Under the pieces are notes generated by a model. It searched no databases. It saw nothing but the letters and a program-made list of their open reading frames with translations, and was not told where the DNA came from. Of a stretch of 64,000 nt of DNA, positions 1-11,350 are shown one piece after another. The translations under genes were made by a program, and so were the position numbers. The stretch covers positions 6,510,001 to 6,574,000 of the forward strand of contig JANJGN010000041.1 in NCBI GenBank assembly GCA_026770705.1. Direction: 5' to 3'. How positions within the stretch are numbered: the first letter of the stretch is position 1; every line of letters starts with the position of its first letter. The DNA is from Isurus oxyrinchus (taxonomy: Eukaryota).

Positions 1-32
1 AGGACCAGCGGTTATAAGACAGGGAGGGAGGA

Positions 33-158
33 TATCAGAATCTGAGAACAGTACATTGGAATGTTCCAACAGTGGATCAGATTCTGAGAACAATGGATTG
101 GAATGTTACAACAATGGATCAGAATCTGAGGACAATAGATCAGAATGTTACAACAATC
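33..158 (+). repeat. Three 42-bp coding tandem units (MDQNLRTIDWNVTT type)
   Basis: Units resemble atggatcagaatctgagaacaatagattggaatgttacaaca, the same unit as at 2024-2314. Confidence 0.9.
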
Positions 159-1060
159 AATAGGAGTTTATTGGGGGCGGTTTATGAATTTATTACATTT
201 TATGATTGGATGTCAGTGGAAAGCTGGATATTTCGGGGCTCCGTGTGAATCAGGCTGATTACGATCCCGATCTCGCTATTATTTGCATCCCTGGAAAGTC
301 TCACTCTATATGGCTATTAATTCTATAAGCGATGCTGAACCGAATTATTTCTTCTTCATCAAAATTACAATTGTTTTGGGGATTGAAAATTTTTTATGCC
401 AGTTAAACAATCCAGGTAGCTTGGATTATCATTAACATCCGAGTTCAGCAATTTCAGTAACATATTTAGTGCCATTTATTCTCTACTGTCTTCCACCATA
501 TCAGTGAAATCACAGTCTATTATTGGCATTTACAATTGTCTCAATACGGCCATGAATGCAGCAACAGATTGGAAGATTTCAGCGCCTTTTGGCAAACGGA
601 TACTTGTTATTTACAAGCATTCTGATTGTTTATTGGGAATGGTTTCATTTCCTGTGGGCCAGGCGTCTGTGTCTTAACCATGCCGTCTTGCTTTATGCAG
701 CCACTGGCCGTTGTATCTGGTTCAGTGACATTCAAAATGGATCGATTTGTGGCCATGTATTTCCAGAAACTGAAAAGTAAATATTGCACCGTGAAAATGG
801 CTCTGAGAAGAATGACTGCTGTGCCTTTTCAAGAATATTTTCTGATATTTCATATTACCAGATTCATCACTTGGAATGCAAGTAAGGTCAATCTCAGGCT
901 GGATTGCATGAGGAAAAATAATCTGGAACATTTTCTGGTTTGAAAATGAAAAACAAAATCGACAGTGCTGCTCATTGAGCCTTCTGACAAAATATAGCCA
1001 ATCGTGGATGAACATGGAAATATTGAAGAGAAAAGACCACAAGGGAATGAGTCGCCTAAA
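33..1060 (+). pseudogene. GPR139-like GPCR pseudogene 1 (exon 1 ~33-293, exon 2 ~505-1060), heavily decayed
   Basis: Exon 1 reads YQNLRTVHWNVPT-VDQILRTMDWNVTT-MDQNLRTIDQNVTT...WMSVESWIFR, then a frameshift, then YDPDLAIICIP-G. The donor is mutated (GA at 294-295). Acceptor AG is at 503-504. Exon 2 fragments: NHAVLLYAAT (TM3) and MDRFVAMYFQKLKSKYCTVKMA. The 3' end is approximate. Confidence 0.8.
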
Positions 1061-2023
1061 TATATGCTAATTCAAAGTCTTAAGGTTGAGGATGGCTGGA
1101 ACAGAGAAGATATAAAGCAAACGACATAGCACTGTCTTTCAGTGTGATCCCTGAAGCAGTACATGGCTTCAAACGTTCTTTTTTAAGTTCTAAGATAAAT
1201 GTCTGGGGAAAGGAGCATATTTTAGCGTGTAGCATCTCTGTTTATAAACTGTAGCATTCAGGCAATTGTGCTTGAGTTGCTGAACCATCTGTTATTGTTT
1301 CCCAACAAAAACGATAATTGGCACTTGGTCATTCTTAGTCCGTATAGTTAACGAAAAACATACTTTCATCATCAACTCTACCAGGTACTTCATTAACTTA
1401 TGGCAATCGAGTTTGTCAGAGGCATTTGCTTTCATTAATGTGTCTCCTCTGGCTTCTACTTAGAAACCCATGTTTTCTAATCAACAAACTTATTTTGCCC
1501 CAGATTATTGAGTCTCTCTCATAACAATACGTTTCACTAACAGCTCTTTGATTCCTTGGCAGATACAACTTTATCCATCTGCCCTACGATAAACAGGGAG
1601 CAATATTGACAACAGTTTGGAAATAGTCCGATATGCAAGGAGCATTGAAGGATAGTGGTTAGTGTGTCCAGGATTTCCGCCATTCCTTCCCTCGTAAAAC
1701 CTCAGACATCCACATAAAAGCTGTAAAAAAGCTGCTTCATTAGGGTAAAATAGAAAGGGGTTAAGTTAATATTTCATATTATGGCATAATGATAACAGTC
1801 TCCATAGACCACAATTGTGCCAATAGAGCTAACACCTCTTCAATTAAAATGCTAATTCTTCCAATAAGCCATCTCATCTTAAAACATGGATAATCAGTGT
1901 GGCACTGTCAGGGGGCAGCAGCTCCAATGCGAAGGAGTGTTTATTTTAAAAACTGAGGACAATACATTGGGCCATTATAATGATCTGTCCGAACCAAGAG
2001 CCGCAGCTTGGAAACTTTCCACA

Positions 2024-2314
2024 ATGGATCAGGATCTGAGAACAATAGATTGGAATGTAACAACAATGGATCAGAATATGAGAACAATAGTTCAGAATGT
2101 AACAACAATGGATCAGAAACTGAGAACAATAGATTGGAATATTACAAAAATTGTGCAGAATCTGACAACAAAACTTTGGGATATTTCAAAAATGGATCAG
2201 AATCTTGGAACAATACTTTGGAATTTTACAACAATGGATCAGTATCTGAAAACAGTAGGTTGGAAAGTTTGAACAATGGATCTGGACCTGAGAACAGTCG
2301 ACTGGCATCATACA
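2024..2314 (+). repeat. Coding tandem array, about 7 x 42 bp (two 21-bp halves per unit), N-terminal ectodomain of pseudogene 2
   Basis: Units start at 2024, 2066, 2108, 2150, 2192, 2234 and 2276. Degenerate units lie upstream near 1940 and 1982. Confidence 0.95.
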
Positions 2315-2639
2315 AGAGGCAGGAGGTTACCCTGGTAAGTTCATTATATGTTGACGATTTATTGTGGAACCGCATTCAAATATGGGGTCCCAATGCTCCT
2401 TCAGGTTATTCAATGTTCTTGCTATCCAATGCTCGCTTTTGTTGGTGTGCATCGTAAGTCTTCCTCTCTCCAGTTTTTAAGTATGTAAAGAATGTTCAAT
2501 TCTAATGCTGTGCTTGAAATTCACATTCGTATCTTCAGTTCAGTTGATATCGCTGGATGTCTCTCTATCTAGCTGTTATATCTGGAAGGCACATTTCACT
2601 GATTAGCTGCACTATGTTCTTATTTTTCAGTTGAGCCTT

Positions 2640-3200
2640 GTATGGATCGAAGCCAGTGTCACCTGACTGCATCCGAAAATGTGTCCTCAGTCCACACATC
2701 CTGCACCAGCCACAGACCCCACCCCCTCCTCATATCGCGACACAGCCCAATGCCTTAAGTTCATTAAGAACGTTTGCTGATGGCCTGAGCTCAGTTCATA
2801 CCCAATACAAAACTTTCCGAAAGACTTTCCAAGACCACCGTCCTAATAACACATATCTCCAATCATACGTCGACCCATCTGCTGCATAAATACACAATCA
2901 GGGCATTTGTTTTCAAGTTGAGACCCATCTACTCATCTAATACCATGGCATCCGAGCCACAATCGCCTTCTGCAACGCACCACCCACCAGCTGCACTCTC
3001 TCCACCGCCCCACAACACCACCTTGCTCAAAATTCACCTCTTGGTTGCAAACCTTGATAAAACTAAACAGATACCAGGTTCTGCTGCCTGTAACCTGAGT
3101 GGAATCAAATTCCACTTAAAGACCGTTCTTGCGCTCAGAGAGTTACATGGGCTGACAGGCCGAAAGAGAATATTTTCATTCTTATATTGCTGCCCCTCAC
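2640..3200 (+). mobile_element. Old L2-like LINE remnant in the intron of pseudogene 2
   Basis: Decayed match to the L2 ORF2 C-terminal QNSAAR...ITPVL..LHWLP motif. A homologous copy lies at 6860-7400. Confidence 0.5.
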
Positions 3201-3739
3201 CACTTTAGAGAGTTTTTCGCCATCGAATGTTTAACAAATGCATGTTTGAAATGCAATATCAGAACAGGCAGCAACGCATTAGTGGCCAATGTTTATCAAA
3301 TGAGACGTCTGCTCCTTCTGCCAATCAGGTTATATCAGAGCCACCTGTTTACCACCCATTCAGCAAACGGAAAAAGAACTGCATCTTTCATCAATTTCCC
3401 CAAACTAGTCAAAATGTTGAACACCTTAATGTTAGTTTCTCAGCACACAATTCTGACAATGGTACAGAGTGATCAGTAGGTACATGCCTGTGAATCCGTG
3501 AAGTTGGGAGGATGGCTTGAGACAGTGGTCATTAATCTTCCCGCATCCTGGACATTTTGAGGAGACACATAGTGTAAGAAAGGAAGATAGAGATGTTAAA
3601 CCTCCATAAAACGCAATTTCATCCTCAGCTGGAGCATTTTGCGGAGCTCTGGAAATCACATATTAACCAGAATTTTAAGGCACCAAAGATGTTACTGAAA
3701 AGTTAGATTACAATTTTAACTAAGATCATTAATCCAAGT

Positions 3740-4160
3740 TGTGTAGATGATTTGCAAAAGTTGTGGCTGTTCTCCTAGGAAAACACAAGGTTGAGGGGCA
3801 GCATGAAGAAATATTTAAAATTATAAACGGTGTGGAAAAAGTACGCATGTAGAAACACTTTCATTGTTGGAAAAATCGAGAATCAGAGGGCACGGATATC
3901 AGGTAATTGGGAAAAAAATTCGATGACCCCTGGAGGAAAACATTTATTACAAAACTTAATGTGGAATATGGTGGTTGAGAGTATGGTGGAGCCAGGCCCA
4001 ACCGAAGACAATGGGCATTGGTTTAGTACCTGAAAAGGAGATAAGTGTAGAAGAAGGGGGAGATGGCTGTGGAAGTGACGCCAGCGAATTGCTCCATCAG
4101 TGGACCACCATGCATAAGATGTGCTGAATATCTTCCCTCCATGCTGCACACATTCTGTGA
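3740..4160 (+). mobile_element. CR1 LINE 3' fragment
   Basis: Decayed LFSLEKRRLRGD...FKII-type C-terminus followed by 3' UTR-like sequence. Confidence 0.6.
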
Positions 4161-6597
4161 TTGCACTCTTCATGATAATAAATAAGGTCCTCCAATCTAT
4201 CCATGTCATTGTAAGCACTCACCTGCGGTGCCATTCTTGCCTGTTTCCTCTCTACCCTTTAGACATTATTCACATTATTTGTAACGTGAGCTGCACATTA
4301 TTCAGCACAATGCAATATGTTTAGAACCTTTACCCAATCTAATGTTTTCAACAGTTGTAGAGTAGCTTCCTGAGGTTTGCATCCATTCATCAAGCTGAAG
4401 GTCTTTGCTGCTTTATTAACTACTTTTCTTAACTTCTCCTGACGTGTTCAAATATTGGGAACAGTCACCCAGTGTCGCTGTGCTCCTGCACCTCCAATAA
4501 AATTGCGCTCTACGTTATAAGTATTGTACTTAGAAAAATTAATCTATCCAGACATACAACATTTCAAACATCCACCATTTGTTATTTCAGATAAAATCAA
4601 TTTAATATACTTACGGTGACAGTGGCACAATCAGAAATGACAATAAGTTATCAACTAAACATTTCTGCTAACCTAATGTATTATTTTCCTGTTTATTTCC
4701 ATTGCTCGCAGTTATATCGCTGACAATTCTGATCATTTCCCGGGCAAAGTGTAGTCTGTCCAAATGTGTAACTTACTGCCTGTTGGCTATGGCATCGGCG
4801 GATTTAGTGGTGATTATATTCGACATGGTATCGAGGCATATTCCAATTGTTCATCCGGAGCAGTTTCGTTTCCTGTGGTTCCTACGTATCTGTAATATCC
4901 ATGCTGTGCTGCTTTATGCAGACACTGATTGCTCAGTCTGGTTCACCGTCACTTTCACTTTCGACCGATTTGTAGCCATATCTTGCCGAATTCTGAAATG
5001 TAGATATTGTACCGAAAAGACAGCAGCTGTGGTTCTTGGAACAGTGACTGTGCTGAGCTTTTTAAATAACCTTTTCTGGTATTTCATGTTCACAGGACAG
5101 TATCAATAGAGGATCCTGCCCTGGGTTTGTTCTGTAATGCTACATGTTTACTACTCTAAGGTTTGGGTAACAATCGAGTTTGTCCATTACATTCTTACTG
5201 CCTGTTTCCCATTTGTCCTGATTCTGCTGCTTAATGTTTTCACGGTCAGACAAATTTTAGTGAGCAGCAGATCCCGCAGGAGACTCTGTGCTCAGAGCAG
5301 TGGAGAGGGGCTCAGAGATCCGGAGGTGGAGAGTCGAAGGAAATCCATGATTCTACTGTTTACTATCTCGCAAATTTCCTGCTGTTGTGGGCAACGATTA
5401 TGGTATATTCTGTATGGATCTGCATGCAAAGTTTGGGTTCTGAATCCATGTTACTGCATCTTTATGTTCAGGAACTGAGCTTCATGATGCAGCTCCTGAG
5501 CTGCTCCACAAATTCTTGTATTTATGCCCTGACCTTAACAAAATTCAGGGAGCAATTTAAGTATTTACTGCAATGTCCCTTTGCACCAATCGTGGAATCC
5601 ATTCAAAAAAGAGAGAAGAAATGATTCAGGGAAGGTCCAGCCATTTTCTCATTTAATTCACATTCCCAGTGGGTGGGGGTACTGTGCCGTTCGACAGAGT
5701 GACTGGAGGAGTTGGATAGCAACTGGAGGAGTTGGATAGATGTGAAACATCTGGTCCGCAGAGTTCCCAGGGAGCAGGTGGGTGGTGGGGGAGGGGTGGG
5801 GGGGATGTGGTGGGGTGTATTGGTGCTGTTTCCCTTGATGAGGGCATTATTGGAGTTGCGGCACCTGTGACTGCACAATGACTAGGGGGTGAGATCTGTT
5901 CCCCATGACCACTGCATAATATCGCAAGTTGGCCAGTGTCGGCAAAATGGAGAGGGGTGGGACTGTTCTTCATAATGACTTCATGATACAAAGCACAGGA
6001 ACTGTGGCGGCATCATAAGAAGCGCCTGCTTGCATTGTTGACAGCTTAATTTGAAGGATGGTTCCTCTGGCACAGCGGATATCGGGGCAGGACCAATCAC
6101 ATGATGACGTCATAACAAAGTTTGGATGGCCCTGGGATTGTTCAATGAACGGGGGAGTGATCTTGGCCCATTGATGACGGCACAATGGAAAGGGCCTTGT
6201 CCTGCTTCATTTGTCGGACACAATGACCAGGTTTAGAGCGAAGGACCCCGCCAGTTCCGCCCATTACGCTCACCCATTGACACAGGGAAAAAGTGTGAGA
6301 GTGCAAAGGTTCAACGCCATGTCCCTCCACATGCACTCTCCTGAACATCAAAGGGAACAGCAACAATATGAAAAAATCTAGCTTTTCAACTTCGTGCGAA
6401 ACATTTCTCCTGCACCGCCTTTAATTTTACCATTTAGTACTTGAATAATCCTGAGGACAATCAATAAATAGTAACATGATTAAAGCAAATCTAAATGTTC
6501 GCCAGTAAAAGCACAACAATGTCTCTGAAACCCCTCCGTCATTTACACCGACAAACACTAACCAACATCAGACGGTTGCAAGTTATAAACCACATTC

Positions 6598-6673
6598 GAA
6601 CATCGAGTTAGAAGAATGCCTCAGATTATTCAATACTTTTACTATCCCATCTTCGCAATTGTTGGTGTACCTT
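6598..6673 (+). pseudogene. Orphan exon 1 of a GPR139-like gene
   Basis: Reads EHRVRRMPQIIQYFYYPIFAIVGVP-T|GTATGC. The following sequence is homologous to the intron after 2454. In-frame stops lie upstream and no same-strand exon 2 was found. Confidence 0.8.
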
Positions 6674-8011
6674 GTATGCCTCTCAAATTATTAATTACAG
6701 AAATAATGCTCAATTGCAATGTTGTTTTTCAATTTCACTTACGTACCTTTATTTCATTTGGTATTGCTTGAATGCCTCTGTGTCCAGCTATTCGATCTGG
6801 AAGCCACATTTCACTGAACAGCTGATCCCTTTACTTATTATACAGATGAACCTCGTGAGGATTGAAGCCAGTGTCTTCAGTCTGCATCATAAAGTCTGTC
6901 CTCCATCCACACACAGTCCATAATGACACACCCCACACCATCGCTACCCTGCGACCCCATCCATTGTCTCAGGTTCATCCCGAGAGTTTGCTGATTGACC
7001 TGAGCTGGGTCCCACCCCAGATGCCCCCTTTCCGAAACCCTGCCAATTATCACCGCTTTGATATTACCTATCTCCGAAGGTGCCTCGTTTCAGCAGCTAC
7101 ATAAACCCACAATCTGGCCATGTGTTCAATTTTAGACCTATCTAAATGCAGACCCAACTACTCATCTGTAGAAATCTCATCCCAGCCGGACTCTGCTCCG
7201 CGCACCTGCCCCCCTTGTTCATGCTCCAGCTCCTAGTTATACACTTTAATAAATTTCATCAGGTACAACATCCCGCTGCCTGTAACGGACTTGAAACCAA
7301 ATCCCACTTAGCCATCGTCCCTGTGCTCAGTAGTTGACAAGGGCTGGCAGCACGAAAGTGAAAATTTTCATTATTCCATTGGTGGCACGAACTGATCTCT
7401 CACTTCAAGTGTGTCCAATTATCCTTCTCCTTCCCTATATTTATGCGATCGATTTCTCCCCTTCTGATTTTATTGAATTCCATTGTTAAACTGCTTTTCT
7501 TTGCCTCTGTATCTCTCCCTCGATTCACTGTTGCCAATCCAGGGAAACCTGTTTTCAAAGAATAAAAGTGCAAACCAGCTTTCTGATACTGGAAACAGTT
7601 TCACATTGCCGGCTCTATCATAGATCTTCAGGATTTGAAATCTCTCCTTGACCTTTACTGCTCGAAAGAGAACAAAACCCTGGTTTTCCACAACCCTCCA
7701 ATCTCTGGTAGCCTTACGGAAAATCAGCTCTAACTTTTTACCAAGTCTTTGCCAAAGTGTGGCTCTCGGAATTAGACCCCATACTCCATACTCAACCGCG
7801 TTGTTGCTGGCCCTCTTGAAGTTCCACATCTAATCCACTTGGTAGCCATGGTGCTTCCAGATCATAATGGTTCTCTGAAAGAGGCTGAGGATGCTCAGTC
7901 TATGTCAGTCAGAGTCTAATTATTAACCTCTATCACTGAGCATGCTGTGGATAGTGGTTGGGCAGATTATGAGGAGTGTGTGTGTTCTGTTTATGATTCA
8001 TTCGGTTCAGC

Positions 8012-8797
8012 TCAGCATTCAATCAGTTTTACAATCGTAGGAAAAGAGTATTTCATCAAAGCCTTCAGCTGCTCTCTGAAATTAATCTAGGTCACTTCAT
8101 ACAAACCAGTGTTTGGGCAGCAGCTCAGTAACAGCAGCATGAAGCATATTTCTCGAATATAAAGAGGGGATTGTAGCCTAACACTCCCATTCCCCACCAT
8201 ATACAAAACTCTGTTAATTCAGCCCATAAAAGGATGCAATTTCCTTAGATAACCAACAGTAAAATTATGGACTTCTTTCAACTCTCCAGCTCTGGGTCTC
8301 TAGCACTCTTAACTGCCGTGAGCCCCGAGTCTCCTGCGGGCTCCGCTCACCATGAAAAGAGACCTGACCGATAAAGTTTTGAGCACTAGAATAAGGCAAA
8401 ATGTGACACCCGGCGTAACAATGTAATGAAGAAACTCGATTGCTGCCCAAGCCCATGAATTCTGAGCATCCAATGTCACAACACAAGATCGGGGGTAATT
8501 GAATGGCCAATACGGAGCCATATACTTAAAATGCCAGAAAAGGTTCCTCAAACAGCTCAACAAAATGTCCTTTCCCAAAACCTCAGATGCACGTTTTCTC
8601 GGTGCAGCATTTTGTTCTCAACTTACTGTCTCAAATAGCCACAAATCCACCGAATGTAATAGTGACAGTGAACCAGACAGAACAATTTGTGACTGTATAA
8701 AGCAGAACAGCATAGTTATAACTCACGGGAATAAAAAACAGGAACATAAGTTCGATTTTATAATGAATGGAAGATGCCTCTGTATAAGGTCGATGCG
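8012..8797 (-). pseudogene. GPR139-like pseudogene 3, 5'-truncated exon 2
   Basis: Fragments with frameshifts and stops: IDLIQRHLP, LLYTVTNCSVWFTVT, KCCTEK, LSCLRNLFWHF, WAAIEFLHYIVTPGVTFCLIL, LLLSCCPNTGLY, FREQLKALMKY. Confidence 0.88.
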
Positions 8798-9749
8798 TCA
8801 TTTCACAACATTTCTATTGATGGTCGTCAGTGAAAGGGTAAACAAAAACCATTACTTTTCACCTCCTCATGAATATAACTTCGTGTAAGGAATCCACCTT
8901 TTATCAGTCACTTCTCTTAATTCAGCTGCTCCCCTTACATTTTCTTTCTGTCACACCAATATCATCGTAAGTTTCTACAGCAGAACTAACACAGCTATTG
9001 TCAAACAAAATTACCCTTACATGCAATATAATCTTGACCTTTGAGCCTATCTTTGATTCTGCAAAGCCCAGCGCCAAATTATTCCCCCATTCTACAGAAA
9101 TATTGATTAAAAACATCATAACTTCCCAGAGGCTGTCCATCAACAAGCGACTACCTGTTGTCCCTGTGCTCATTCTCAGTGTTGATAGTTCAATGAAACT
9201 TTAAGGCCTGTGAAAATTTTGAGATCTTTAAAGGAGAACCTTCATTAAACTGGAGATCACTTCAATCATGAAACGAGCATGAACCAGAGGGTCAGTCTGC
9301 TTTCAGTCTGACGAGAGATTACTAATCTAAAAGAGGGTCCTCATTTTATATTTTACAAAGCAAAGGTTGAAGAACTCCCCCACTCTTGCAGTGTGGAGCT
9401 GAATCAATAGCGGTATCAGAATCAGACATGTCTATTAGATGATCACGTTGTTGACAGATTCATTGAGTTAAGCTGAAGGTAAAGCAGAGCCGTCATCGAG
9501 CGGATTTGTAAAGCACAAGCAGATGGGGTCATGGCGGCTTGGTGACACTTTACATATCTTTCCCTGTTCCGGATGGTGCACACCGGAGTACTGAATGTCT
9601 TTGCGCTTCAAACCGATTACACGTTGATTCTTCTGGAGCTGCCAGAAACAGAAGAAATGATGGATGAGTGGCATAATCAAGGGAGGGATTGGGCAAGATG
9701 ACTGGACGTGAGAGAAGTGGATTGATCATGAGAAATATCTCATTTTTAA

Positions 9750-10195
9750 AAAAATCATTCGTGGGATGTGGGCTTCTAAGTGGTGGTGTTCTCCTTTGTC
9801 TACTGCCCTTGTCCTTCTAGATGGTAGCGGTCGTGAGTTTGGCAGGTGCTATCTAAGGAGCCTCGGTGATTCATGCAGTGTATCCTGTAGATGGTACACA
9901 TACTGCTACTATGTGAAAGTGGTGGAGGGAGTGAATTATTGTAGCTGGTGAGGGGAAATCAAGGGGGGCTGCTTTGCCCTGAACTTTGTCAAACTTCTTG
10001 AGTGTTGTGGGAGCTGCAGTTACCCAGGCAACTCGAGAGGAAACCCTCACACGCCTCACATTTGCGTTGTAGATAGTGGACAGGTTTGGTGGGGTCAGGA
10101 GGTGTGTTGCTCGCCACACAATTCCCAGCCTCTGACCGGCTCTTGTAGCCACAGTATTTCTTCGCGAGTCCAGTTCAGTTTCTGATCAATGGACA
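9750..10195 (-). mobile_element. LINE family A (CR1/L2 group), 3' portion
   Basis: Encodes VATRAGQRLGI..R.THLLTP.NLSTIY and has the same tail as 44220-44290. Confidence 0.8.
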
Positions 10196-10869
10196 GTAAA
10201 ATAACCAGACTGGAAATTGTAACAGTTATCTGAGGGGGGATCTCCCGATCGGTGAATGCTGAGTGTGAAAGGGAGGATCAGGTTTATGTCATGTTTGTCC
10301 TGAGTGCAGTGCAGTCTATCACCTGATCCATAACGATGTCCCTCGCGCACTCTTCCGTGAGCCCTAATACTGAAATGACCTTCATGTGGATGGTCTTTAA
10401 CTTACCACCTAACACAATAGTCACAACATCAGCAGGTTAGACACAGCCTGAATTTCAAAATACGGCACTTTTTGTATTTAGAAAAATCACTTCTGTTTAA
10501 GATCTGCTTCCTCCAATCCAACTTATCATCCCCTTTTACAGTTTTCCCTCTCCATATACCTTTTCATCTCACTCCATCTTATCTCAATTCTATGCTTTTT
10601 GTATTACCGTTCGGTATACTTCCTCTTCAATGTCAGCCCCTTGTTACCTCTTCTTATATCAATTTCATCCCATGTTTACGTCTTGTCAGAGAAAATAAGA
10701 AAGAGACAGAGATGGAGAGGCAGACAGAGAGATGAAGCCACAAGTGACACATGGACAGAAAATTGAGATAGAAACTCAGTAAATGTTTACAAAGCTAGAG
10801 GCCATCTTTCCATCGATTTGACACAAAGCGAATACATTGTTTTGTTGTGTTTTAATTTGTTGTGTGGCT

Positions 10870-11150
10870 GCATCACGACAAGGTGACATTTACTAGTTAC
10901 CCATAACTGAACTTGAGAAGATGATGGGCAGGCATCTTATGTAACTGCTGCAGTCCGTGCGTTCTCCCTTCTCTGTAGCGGCCTGGTACAACCGCGTGGC
11001 TTTCTGGGCCATTTCAGAGGGCAATTAGGAGTCAGTAACATTGCTGTGGAACTGGAGTCACATAGCATCCAGATCTGGGAAGGACGGCAGATTGCCTTTC
11101 TTAAAGAGACATTCCAGAATGACAGGGGTTTGACATCGATTCGGAATTCT
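10870..11150 (-). mobile_element. SINE fragment, same family as 58670-59002
   Basis: Shared core tgctgtgg..ctggagtcaca...ggcagatt..cttaaag.gacatt. Confidence 0.7.
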
Positions 11151-11189
11151 TCATCCGTGCAAGGAATCGCTTTCTAAAAATATTTCTAA

Positions 11190-11350
11190 TACTGAGATAG
11201 ACAAGGTTTTGATGTCTCAAGGCATAAATGAATCTGGGGAGCGAGGAGGAAAGTTTCGGTAAATCCCAAGATCAGCCACGATCGTATTGAATGGTGGAAC
11301 ATGCTCGAAGGGTCGAGTGGTTTACTTACACTCGTATTACTTCTGATCTT
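11190..11350 (+). mobile_element. CR1 3' tail
   Basis: gagatagac...gatcagcca.gatc.tattgaatggtggaaca.gctcgaaggg, typical of a CR1 3' end. Confidence 0.65.

Larger units (their letters stand above)
1886..5624 (+). pseudogene. GPR139-like GPCR pseudogene 2 (exon 1 1886/2024-2453, phase-1 intron 2454-4711, exon 2 4712-5624), lightly decayed
   Basis: One frame runs from the repeat array to MLLQVIQCSCYPMLAFVGVH-C|GTAAGT, with stops at 2270 and 2336. Acceptor is ctcgcAG at 4710-4711. Exon 2 has KCSLSKCVTYCLLAMASADL, VWFTVTFTFDRFVAI, DPEVESRRKSMILLF and LLSCSTNSCIY, with TAG at 5107 and a 1-bp frameshift near 5370. Confidence 0.92.

Noticed and set aside
2024-2314. CRISPR-like regular repeats
   Set aside because: Units are contiguous with no unique spacers, lie in frame with a GPCR exon, have no cas genes nearby, and the context is eukaryotic.
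2331-2340. CCTG|GTAAGT as the exon 1 donor
   Set aside because: It precedes the TM1 codons and is out of phase with exon 2; the homologous donor is at 2454.
2008-2457. 149-aa Asn/Ser-rich ORF (NNGSE repeats)
   Set aside because: Alternative frame of the repeat; the other frame connects to TM1 and the splice donor.
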